From an uncultured bacterium (GTDB lineage: Bacteria; Abyssobacteria; SURF-5), in assembly GCA_964510165.1 (NCBI GenBank), contig CAZEBC010000051.1:3791-22434 (forward strand): 18,644 bases of DNA, written 5' to 3'. The notes under the pieces are model-generated. The model worked only from the letters and a program-made list of their open reading frames with translations, ran no database searches and was not told where the DNA came from. Of the stretch, positions 7,247 to 15,118 are shown one piece after another. The position numbers were made by a program, and so were the translations under genes. The first letter of the stretch is position 1. Each line of letters opens with the position of its first letter.

Positions 7247-8833
7247 ATGGAAAACCCCGTGAACTCTGATTTTCCTCCCAGTCCCATGGTCCGCATGTTT
7301 CGCCTGCACATGTCGCGACCTACCCTTGAGGACCCGACCGGCGACGTTGACAGGGTGCTGGCGGCGCTGCGGCCCGAGTTTGGGGAAGTGAAGCTCACAG
7401 CTCCGTTGGCGGTGATTCGGCGCGCGACCCACGTGATGCGCGAGGCGATCTTCAAGGTGACGGCGGTCGTCGCAGAGCGCGACGGCTGCCGGGAAATGAT
7501 CGATCTGCTGTCTGGTCACGGGGCGAACGAATGCCTGGGGGTCGGGATAGATGTCGGCACCACCACCGTGACTCTTTATCTGGTTGACACGGCGAGCGGC
7601 GCCATCCTCGAGAATCTCGCGCTCGATAACCCGCAGGCCGCGCACGGCGAAGACATCCTGACGCGCATCCATTTCTGCCAGAATAAGGGAGGCCTGGACA
7701 TCCTGCGCGATTTGATTGTGGCATGCCTGAACAGCGGTATTGAAGAGCTTGCCGGGAATCGCGGCGTCAAGCCGGAAAGCATTTACGTCCTGAGCATCGC
7801 CGGCAACCCGACAATGACCCATCTCCTCCTGGGACTTGACCCATACTATCTGTGCCGCGAGCCTTATGCGCCCGTCGTGAATCGCCCGCTTCTGCTCACG
7901 GCGAAAGAGCTGGGGTTGAACGCGCACCCAGAGGCGCCCGCATACGTTTTCCCCAGTCTCGGCAGCTATTTCGGCGGAGACGTGGTGGCGGGGATTCTGG
8001 CCTCGGGCATGCACAGGATGAGGGGCGCGTCCCTGCTCGTAGATGTGGGCACGAACGCGGAGATAGTGGTCGGCAACAGGGAGTGGCTTGTCATGTGCGC
8101 CGGAGCGGCCGGCCCGGCGCTTGAGAGCGGCGGAGCGAAGGCGGGCATGCGCGCGGTGAGCGGCGCAATCGACCGAGTGCGCATCGACAGGGGAACGCTC
8201 GAGCCGTCATGCTCGGTTATCGGCGGGGGCGCGCCAACGGGGATTTGCGGCTCCGGCCTCATAGACCTCGTGGCGGAACTGTATCTCGCAGGCATAATAG
8301 ACCCTACGGGAAGATTCACGGAAGCGTTATCGGAAAGGATTGTGACTGGCGGCGGCGTGAAAGGATACGCCCTTGCATTGGCGCGCAAGGGAGAGGCGGC
8401 AGACGACATCGTCGTGGACGAGATAGACATAAGGAACCTGCTCAGGGCGAAGGCCGCGATGTACACTGCGCTCAGTCTCGTGACCGAGCGCCTTGGTCTC
8501 GGCTTCGATGATATTGAGACCTTCTACGTTGCGGGCAGTTTCGGAGAGCATATCGACCCGCGCAGCGCGATTGCGCTCGGGATGCTGCCGGATATCCCGC
8601 TCGGGCGCTTCCGGGCGCTGGGTAACAGCGCGGGCCTCGGGGCATGCCTGATGCTCCACTCGTTCAGTCTCAGAGAAGACGTGGAGGCCATCCGCGCCAA
8701 GGCCGCGTACATACAGCTCACCACTGACGCGGAGTTCATGAACCGGCTCAACGCCGCGATGTTCATTCCGCACACAAATCGAGAGTTGTTCCCGTCGGTA
8801 AGGCGAAGCTGCCTGAGGGAAATACCGGATTGA
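7247..8833 (+). CDS. ASKHA-domain ATPase of the RACo/DUF4445 (reductive activator of corrinoid proteins) family, without a ferredoxin domain, 528 aa
   Basis: PTLEDPTGD linker, GIDVGTTT, NPQAAHGEDILTRI, GNPTMTHL, YFGGDVVAG, LVDVGTNAEI, AGPALE, GICGSGLIDL, AGSFG, GNSA. Confidence 0.88.
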   Translation: MENPVNSDFPPSPMVRMFRLHMSRPTLEDPTGDVDRVLAALRPEFGEVKLTAPLAVIRRATHVMREAIFKVTAVVAERDGCREMIDLLSGHGANECLGVGIDVGTTTVTLYLVDTASGAILENLALDNPQAAHGEDILTRIHFCQNKGGLDILRDLIVACLNSGIEELAGNRGVKPESIYVLSIAGNPTMTHLLLGLDPYYLCREPYAPVVNRPLLLTAKELGLNAHPEAPAYVFPSLGSYFGGDVVAGILASGMHRMRGASLLVDVGTNAEIVVGNREWLVMCAGAAGPALESGGAKAGMRAVSGAIDRVRIDRGTLEPSCSVIGGGAPTGICGSGLIDLVAELYLAGIIDPTGRFTEALSERIVTGGGVKGYALALARKGEAADDIVVDEIDIRNLLRAKAAMYTALSLVTERLGLGFDDIETFYVAGSFGEHIDPRSAIALGMLPDIPLGRFRALGNSAGLGACLMLHSFSLREDVEAIRAKAAYIQLTTDAEFMNRLNAAMFIPHTNRELFPSVRRSCLREIPD

Positions 8834-8835
8834 CG

Positions 8836-9630
8836 ATGCAGAAACGAATCATCATTCTCATCCTGCTCGGGATGATCCTGTTGCTGGCCGGCTCCTTTAT
8901 CGCGGTCGACTGGATGATATTCCTTTTCGGCATACGGACACTCTATGCCGGCGTTGCGAAACCGGTCGTTTCCTTTATTTGCCTGATGCTCGTGCTGATT
9001 ATCGGGAAAGACGGTGTCGAGCGTAGGGACACAGTGCTGCTCACCCTTGCATTCATCTGCATTGTCCCCGTGGACATACTGATGAGCGTTGTCGTGTTCA
9101 CGCCGGGGATGACGGTCGCCTCGCCGGCATTCATGATAGGCGGGATACTCTCGATCGTTGCTCATTTCATATTGCTTGTCCGACATGGCAGAAGGGTTCT
9201 TGCATACCTTCGGGTGCGTAAAGAAGCGGGGGGTAGCTTCGGGGGCGTCGGCGCATTTCTTTGGCTCCCAATACTGGTTTACGGGATTGCGGTTGCGGCT
9301 CTGATTCCCCTCCTGAAGCCAATGATTGCCGTGGGCCATTTGGGCATCGGCCTGTCCTATTCCGCATTCGTCGCGACATCGACATGGATTGCGTGGGAGA
9401 CTGTTCGCCGCAAGAGTTACCCGAAATTGAACTCGTGGTTGATCGGTGTAGGGATGTCATGCTGGCTTGTGACCGAAATCGTGGGAGAGGTTTACAACAT
9501 CAAGATCGGCCCAGTCTCATACATCATGTTCAATCTTGTTTGGGTCTTTTACGGCACGTGCATCGTGTGCCTTGCGCTCAGCGGATATGACTGGAAGAGG
9601 CTGTGCGGGGAATCCGAAAGCACGCCGTGA
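8836..9630 (+). CDS. Multi-pass membrane protein, distantly YhhN/TMEM86 (lysoplasmalogenase)-like
   Basis: About 8 hydrophobic segments; KP in the second helix and VDIL...F..GG...IVAH resemble YhhN GD..L...F..GL..FL.AH. ATG lies 2 bp after the ASKHA stop. The family call is tentative. Confidence 0.6.
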   Translation: MQKRIIILILLGMILLLAGSFIAVDWMIFLFGIRTLYAGVAKPVVSFICLMLVLIIGKDGVERRDTVLLTLAFICIVPVDILMSVVVFTPGMTVASPAFMIGGILSIVAHFILLVRHGRRVLAYLRVRKEAGGSFGGVGAFLWLPILVYGIAVAALIPLLKPMIAVGHLGIGLSYSAFVATSTWIAWETVRRKSYPKLNSWLIGVGMSCWLVTEIVGEVYNIKIGPVSYIMFNLVWVFYGTCIVCLALSGYDWKRLCGESESTP

Positions 9631-9750
9631 CTCCGTTGTCAGGTAAGCCGGCTCGGACCCGATGTTCGCGCTTGACTATGCGGCGCCGATTCTGATTAGA
9701 TATGGGTATCATCAGGCTGCCCACGTTTTTCTGAAAGAGAGAGGACTATC

Positions 9751-10161
9751 ATGGATGAAGCGGCACGGGAAATGGCGAAAAGCATGATCGGCATCACCGA
9801 CGCGGAACTGGACGGCTTGGCGCCGGGGATGCAGCGCATACTCGAAAACAGCATGGCGCTCATGGGCACAAGGATTGTGGCGGAAGTGGTTGAATCGAAG
9901 AACTGCTTCGCGTTCTACAAGCCGGGCGACAAGCTGGTTTTCAACGCCACAATGCTGAACACCGACGAGACGACCGCCCCCAATATCTGCACCGACGCCA
10001 TCACGCCGCTGAACACGGCCATCCGGGCCATGCTCTCGGCAATCGTGAACGGCGAAGACCCCAACAAGTACATATTCAATCACGTGCAGTGTCTCGACAC
10101 AGGGGCCGCGCACGGCGGCCTTGGGCGCGTGCTGTTCAAAGTGTACGTGGAACGGGTGTAG
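9751..10161 (+). CDS. Small 3-Cys hypothetical protein (TIGR04076-like pattern), 136 aa
   Basis: SD GAGG upstream; motifs AEVVESKNC...KPGDKLVF, NICTDAI, QCLDTG...GRVLFKV. Confidence 0.75.
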   Translation: MDEAAREMAKSMIGITDAELDGLAPGMQRILENSMALMGTRIVAEVVESKNCFAFYKPGDKLVFNATMLNTDETTAPNICTDAITPLNTAIRAMLSAIVNGEDPNKYIFNHVQCLDTGAAHGGLGRVLFKVYVERV

Positions 10162-10164
10162 AAG

Positions 10165-10220
10165 AATTGGGGAAAAAGGGGAAAGGGAAACCCTGGACCC
10201 TGAACGCTAAACCCTGAACC
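10165..10220. repeat. Heptamer tandem repeats at a convergent gene junction
   Basis: AAAGGGG/AAAGGGA (10175-10188), then AACCCTG GACCCTG AACGCTA AACCCTG AACC (10189-10220). Confidence 0.6.
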
Positions 10221-11640
10221 TTCTTTCTATTTCGCCTCGACGCACCAGCCCCTTGAGCGCCTTGACCGCGCGGGCGGGCAACGGATAGACGGGGATGCCG
10301 TTCTCATGGAACCGCGTCAGTCCCTCCTCGGTGGCCGACGATGACAGCCTGACGGGGAAATTGGCGCACACGATAATCGGCTTGCCATTCTTTGCGAGTG
10401 GGATCAGTTGTCCTCCAATCGCCGTCGTAAAGAACGACATCACATCCAGATAGAACACGATAAGGGAGTCCACATTCTCGTCATCGAGCACCAGCCGCGC
10501 CGCCTCGCCCACCACGTTCATATCGCTGACGAACGCAAGGTCTATCGGATTGGTGCGGATGGTCAGGTTCGGCCAGAGACGTTTGAGGCCGGCGACGGTC
10601 CTGGGCGAAAGCTGCGCCATCGTCAGGCCGTGACTCTCGCACAGGTCGGTCAGCATGATGCCTGGTCCCGCCTGAAACGACATGACTGCGACGCGGTTGC
10701 CGGCGGGGGGACGCGCGACGTCGAGCGCCTTGGCGATATCGAGCAACTCGACCGTGTCATGCGCGGGCACGACCCCGGCCTGCTCGAACGCGGCGTAATA
10801 CATGCCGTGACTGCCGGCGAGCGAGCCGGTGTGCGACCGCACCGCCGCGAGTGCGGCGTCCGATTTGCCCACCTTCATGCCAACGATCGGTTTGCGCGCG
10901 GTCATCTGTTGCGCCACCTCTATTACCTCGCGCGCCTCCTCGATTCCTTCGAGATAGAGGATGATGGTCCTGGTTTCGGGGTCGTCCTCTAGGTATTCGA
11001 GCAGTTCAACGAAGCCGAGATTGCAGCGATTGCCGAGCCCGACCAGTTTGTTCATTCCGACGCGCTCATCAATCGCCTGGAAGCCGACCAGATGACACAT
11101 GCCGCCGCTCTGCCCCAGCATGCTGATGCCGCCTGACGGAATATGATTGAAGATCGGCGTGAACGATGCGTTGAGCTTCGAGGCAATGTTCACCATGCCG
11201 AACGTGTTGGGGCCGATTATCTTGATGCCGGCGCCATTCGCGATGCGCGTGATCTCATCCTGCAGCGATGCGCCGCGCTCGTCCTCGATCTCCCTGAAGC
11301 CCGCCGTGATGATGACCGCGCCCGCCGCGTTTTTCTGAGCGCAGTTCCTGAGCGCATCGGGCACGTATTTCGCCTGGACGACGATGATCGCAAGGTCCAC
11401 GTCACCGGGCACATCGAGCAGCGAGGGATACGCCTTCAGCCCGAGGACGGAATCCAACTCGCTGTTGATCGGATAGATGTCTCCATCGAAGCCTATCTCG
11501 ACAAGGCTCATCACGCAGCGATGGCCCATCTTCACGATGTTGTCGGACGCGCCGATGATGGCGACCGATTTCGGATGGAATACGCAGTCCAGTGTACGTG
11601 CCGATTCTGCTTTCAATCCGCCGCTCCCTTCTATAATCAT
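10207..11640 (-). CDS. Acyl-CoA synthetase (NDP-forming) alpha subunit (CoA-binding plus ligase domains), 477 aa
   Basis: FHPKSVAIIGAS, IITAGFRE, IIGPNTFG, QSGG, GLGNRC, LYLEG, phospho-His motif RSHTGSLAG, NPIDL; no ATP-grasp domain. Start overlaps the methyltransferase stop (ATGA); TTG 11616 is an alternative. Confidence 0.9.
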   Translation of the reverse strand: MIIEGSGGLKAESARTLDCVFHPKSVAIIGASDNIVKMGHRCVMSLVEIGFDGDIYPINSELDSVLGLKAYPSLLDVPGDVDLAIIVVQAKYVPDALRNCAQKNAAGAVIITAGFREIEDERGASLQDEITRIANGAGIKIIGPNTFGMVNIASKLNASFTPIFNHIPSGGISMLGQSGGMCHLVGFQAIDERVGMNKLVGLGNRCNLGFVELLEYLEDDPETRTIILYLEGIEEAREVIEVAQQMTARKPIVGMKVGKSDAALAAVRSHTGSLAGSHGMYYAAFEQAGVVPAHDTVELLDIAKALDVARPPAGNRVAVMSFQAGPGIMLTDLCESHGLTMAQLSPRTVAGLKRLWPNLTIRTNPIDLAFVSDMNVVGEAARLVLDDENVDSLIVFYLDVMSFFTTAIGGQLIPLAKNGKPIIVCANFPVRLSSSATEEGLTRFHENGIPVYPLPARAVKALKGLVRRGEIERRFRV

Positions 11641-12413
11641 CGACCGCTGCGAAATTCAACGACCAGTTCCGGCCCTTCGCCGTATGGCTCGCCGCTGTAG
11701 CCGCCCCATTTGTTCACGATGGTAAATCCGTGTTCAAGGATGAGCGCCTCGAACTGGTCGGGGTAATAATAGCACAGCACAATCTCTCTGGCGGCCTCAT
11801 CCACCAACACGCCGTCGCTGAAGCGGCGGAAGGTCAGCACGGGATAAATGATCTGGCGCTCGGGGTCAATGCGCTGGCGCCTCTCGTACAGGGCGACTCG
11901 ACCGCTCTCGACCGGCATTTCCCAGGCGAGATTCTCGCCCTCTACCGCCCAATCGGTCGCCATTTTCTCCTTGCTGAAATAGGGATTGAAAGCGTTCAGG
12001 ATGCACGTGCCGGATTCAGAAAGATGCTGTCTGACCGTGCGGAAGAAGCCGGAGACCTCTCGCTCGGTATCGAGATTCTGGAACACGCGGAAGGGGGCGA
12101 TGATGAGGTCGAATTTCCGGTCCAGTTTCAGGTCGGTGATGTCGCCCTCCTTCACCAAAACCCTGTCACGCGGCAGGCGCGCGGCCCGCAGCTTCTCGCG
12201 GCAGATGGCGAGCATTGCCTCCGAGCGGTCAACTCCATAGAAGAACCGGCAGTGAGCTACGAGCGCCATCAGCACGCGCCCGGTCCCGCAGCCGAGTTCA
12301 AGCACGGAGGCGTCTGCGGACGGAATCCGCGCCTTGTAGAAATCAATGTCGTTGAACGGGACCTTTATCAGGTCGTAATACTTGGCCCAATCATGGAAGA
12401 TGTCGGTGGACAT
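11637..12413 (-). CDS. Class I SAM-dependent methyltransferase
   Basis: AKYYDL, DIDFY, motif I VLELGCGTGRV, GVDRSEAML, GDITDL, FDLIIAPF. ATG 12413 has GAGG upstream; GTG 12440 is the alternative. Confidence 0.9.
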   Translation of the reverse strand: MSTDIFHDWAKYYDLIKVPFNDIDFYKARIPSADASVLELGCGTGRVLMALVAHCRFFYGVDRSEAMLAICREKLRAARLPRDRVLVKEGDITDLKLDRKFDLIIAPFRVFQNLDTEREVSGFFRTVRQHLSESGTCILNAFNPYFSKEKMATDWAVEGENLAWEMPVESGRVALYERRQRIDPERQIIYPVLTFRRFSDGVLVDEAAREIVLCYYYPDQFEALILEHGFTIVNKWGGYSGEPYGEGPELVVEFRSGR

Positions 12414-12478
12414 GGTTCGAAGATCCTCGATCAAGTTCACATGGTCTGAATTATTTATTTTGACAGCATTTCTCTTGA

Positions 12479-13678
12479 TTAGTCAATCGTGGAGCGTCGT
12501 TTCCGCGTAAACTGAAGCAGTATGAACCCCGCGAGGGTCATCGCGGCCGCCACTGGAAAGAGGGGGCGGTATCCGAAAGCGTCGATCATCTTGCCGCCGA
12601 TGAGCGGCCCGAAAATCTGCGGGGCAGCCATGCTGATGATGTGGAATCCGACGAATTCCGCCGTGCGCTCGGCGGGAATGAGGTCGAGCATGTAGGCGTA
12701 TGCGGGCCCCATCGCAGCGGCGAGTGGGATGCCGAGCATGACGGCGACAACCAAGGCGTGCGTCAGACTCTGCGAGAGACCAAGGAGCACTTCCGCTACG
12801 GCCCACAGGACGATTATCGCGGAGAGCAGTTTCTTACGATCCATCCGGTCGCCCAGCATTCCAGTCGGCAGTGCGAAGACCATCATGCCGATCGAGGCGG
12901 CCATCGGCACGTAATGGGCGTCGCCCTCGCTTGCGCCCAGCGCCTCGACGGCAAACAGCGTGAGGAACGGCTGCACGAGCCAGAAACCCAACCACCAGAA
13001 GAACTGCGCCGAGAAGTACATGAGCGCGTTGGTTTCCCCCGTGACGCTCCTCAGATATTTCAGCGCGCCTGCCCTCTTCGGAGGCGGGTCGTACGGCCCC
13101 ATCGGCTCCCTGAGGAAAAACAGCGCCGCCAACACTGCCCCCAGCGAGACAGCCGCCACGAGGTAGAACACGCCGTTCGGGTGCGCCTCCCACAGCCGCG
13201 AGCTCAGGTAGAAGAACACGGTAAGGCCGAGGCTTCCGAACAGGCTCATCACGCCGCTGGCGGCGCTGCGTTGCTCTGGCGGAACGATGTCGGGGACCAG
13301 CGACCAATACGGCGTCATCGCAAGATCGACCGCGAAGTACATGAGCGCCGACACGAAAACGACAACCCAGAACACCGCCACATGCGGCAACGCGAATAGA
13401 CAGAAGAAAGACCCGAGCATTCCGATAAGCACGTAGGGCCTTCGCCGGCCGAATCGAGTCACAGTCCGGTCGCTCAGATATCCGGCGATCGGCGGCACCG
13501 TGCACCCCGACACGCCGGCCACGCTCAGCGCCAGCGAGATCATGAACTTCGAGTCGGTGAACCCGTTGAGGAACAGCGGCATGGTAGCGCTGTAGAATCC
13601 CCAGAAGAACTGGATGCCGAGCCAGCCGATGCCAAGCAGCGCCATCTGCGCAAGAGTAATCCGAGGGGAGGGTATCAA
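12479..13678 (-). CDS. MFS transporter (SLC45/GPH sugar-transporter-like), 399 aa, paralog B
   Basis: 12-TM pattern; GYLSDRTVTRFGRRRPY motif A, PYWSLVPDIVPPEQRS, GMLGDRMDRK; TTG start. Confidence 0.88.
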   Translation of the reverse strand: MIPSPRITLAQMALLGIGWLGIQFFWGFYSATMPLFLNGFTDSKFMISLALSVAGVSGCTVPPIAGYLSDRTVTRFGRRRPYVLIGMLGSFFCLFALPHVAVFWVVVFVSALMYFAVDLAMTPYWSLVPDIVPPEQRSAASGVMSLFGSLGLTVFFYLSSRLWEAHPNGVFYLVAAVSLGAVLAALFFLREPMGPYDPPPKRAGALKYLRSVTGETNALMYFSAQFFWWLGFWLVQPFLTLFAVEALGASEGDAHYVPMAASIGMMVFALPTGMLGDRMDRKKLLSAIIVLWAVAEVLLGLSQSLTHALVVAVMLGIPLAAAMGPAYAYMLDLIPAERTAEFVGFHIISMAAPQIFGPLIGGKMIDAFGYRPLFPVAAAMTLAGFILLQFTRKRRSTID

Positions 13679-13699
13679 GTGGAATTCTTTCAGGCTGGC

Positions 13700-14899
13700 C
13701 TATTGAGACGGCCTCTGCCGCGTGAACTGGAGCAATATGAGACCGATAAGCATCATTGCCGCGGCTGCCGGAAACAGAAAACGATAGCCGAACGCGTCTA
13801 TCAGCGTGCCGCCCATCATCGGCGCGAGTATCTGCGATACTGCAATGCTGATGATGCTGAACCCCACAAATTCGGCGGTGCGCTCCTTGGGAATCAGGTC
13901 GAGGAAATAGGCGTAGCCCACGCCCACTATGGCGGCAAACGGGATTCCGGTGAGGCCGACCGTGACCACCGCCTGCATGAAATTCTGCGAGAGGCCCATG
14001 AACACGCCCATCACGATCCAAAACGCGAGCATCACCGACATGATGGCTTTGCGTCCCAGGCGATCCCCCAGCATGCCCAGCGGGACCATGACTACCGCGG
14101 CCACAATCGAGAACGTCAGCGGCACCAACTGAGATTGTCCCTCGGGCGTCTCGAGCTCCTCCACCACAAACAGCGTGAGGAACGATGAGATCATCCAGAA
14201 GCCGAACCACCAGAAGAACTGCGCCAGAAAGAATTTCAGCACGTTGGTCTCGGAGACGATGCTCTTCAGATATGTCATCGGGTCGAATGGCTCGGCCGAC
14301 TTCTGGGCCGAGTTCTGCGGTTCCCGGATTCTGCTCAAGGTAAACATGACCGCGAAGAACGCCACAACACCCACCGTCGTGATCACGGCCACGGGCGACT
14401 TGTCCCACACCGCAAACGTGAAAAGGAAACACCCGATCAGGCCCACGGTGCCCATTCCGTTCATCACCCCGCTCGCCGTGCTGCGTTGCTGAGGGGGCGT
14501 GATGTCGGGCAGCAGCGAGAGATACGGCGTCTCCGCAAAACGAAGCGAGAAATACATGAGCCCCGCGATCAACGCCACGAGTCCGAACGCTGTCACGTGA
14601 GGCAAACCCAGCAGGCAGAGGAACACCCCCAGGATTCCTACAAAGATGAATGGCCGCCGCCGCCCGAACCGGCTCGTGCTGCGGTCGCTCAAGTAGCCAA
14701 CCAGCGGAGGCACAAGACAGCCCGACACGCCCGCCAGGCTGATCACGAGCGAAATCGTGAACTTCGAGTCGGTGAAACTCCTGAGAAACAGCGGCAGTGC
14801 GCCGCCGTGGAACGCCCAGAAGAACTGAGCGCCCAGCCAGCCCACTCCCAGGACCACCATCTTCGAGGCCGGAATCGGCGGTGATTCACTCACACCCAT
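13700..14899 (-). CDS. MFS transporter (SLC45/GPH sugar-transporter-like), 399 aa, paralog A
   Basis: GYLSDRSTSRFGRRRPF, PYLSLLPDITPPQQRS, GMLGDRLGRK; AAGGAG just upstream of ATG. Confidence 0.9.
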   Translation of the reverse strand: MGVSESPPIPASKMVVLGVGWLGAQFFWAFHGGALPLFLRSFTDSKFTISLVISLAGVSGCLVPPLVGYLSDRSTSRFGRRRPFIFVGILGVFLCLLGLPHVTAFGLVALIAGLMYFSLRFAETPYLSLLPDITPPQQRSTASGVMNGMGTVGLIGCFLFTFAVWDKSPVAVITTVGVVAFFAVMFTLSRIREPQNSAQKSAEPFDPMTYLKSIVSETNVLKFFLAQFFWWFGFWMISSFLTLFVVEELETPEGQSQLVPLTFSIVAAVVMVPLGMLGDRLGRKAIMSVMLAFWIVMGVFMGLSQNFMQAVVTVGLTGIPFAAIVGVGYAYFLDLIPKERTAEFVGFSIISIAVSQILAPMMGGTLIDAFGYRFLFPAAAAMMLIGLILLQFTRQRPSQ

Positions 14900-14935
14900 G
14901 CTCCTTTTGCATCCCGTGCCAAAGAGAATTGATGA

Positions 14936-14965
14936 ATTCTACTTGCTTCCGCGGTCCAAAGTCAA
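14936..14965 (-). promoter_or_regulatory. Sigma70-type promoter for MFS-MFS-methyltransferase-acyl-CoA synthetase unit
   Basis: Minus strand TTGACT (14965-14960), 18-bp spacer, TAGAAT (14941-14936). Confidence 0.6.
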
Positions 14966-15047
14966 TCGAAGCGTTGAAACGAAGGACCCCGAGTCTCACG
15001 AAGAAGAAAGCCGGTTTCTCGTTTCCTATCCAAGAAGATCTGTCCCC

Positions 15048-15089
15048 AGAAATAAATCGGCGGGGCCGAATAATTCCGACCCCGCCGAT
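15048..15089 (-). terminator. Rho-independent terminator after the glutamate-synthase-like gene
   Basis: Minus strand ATCGGCGGGG-TCGGAATTATTCGG-CCCCGCCGAT followed by TTATTTCT, about 30 bp after the stop codon. Confidence 0.8.
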
Positions 15090-15118
15090 GTTGATTGGCT
15101 GTATTCGCGCCGCTTGCG

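Noticed and set aside
9672..9702. Promoter for the 136-aa gene (TTGACT at 9672-9677)
   Set aside because: The -35 is good but there is no convincing -10 at 16-18 bp (best TTAGAT), so it was left uncalled.
12834..14432. 532-aa alternative-frame ORF spanning both MFS genes
   Set aside because: Arg/Gly-rich off-frame product of GC-rich codon usage; both MFS genes are intact in their own frames.
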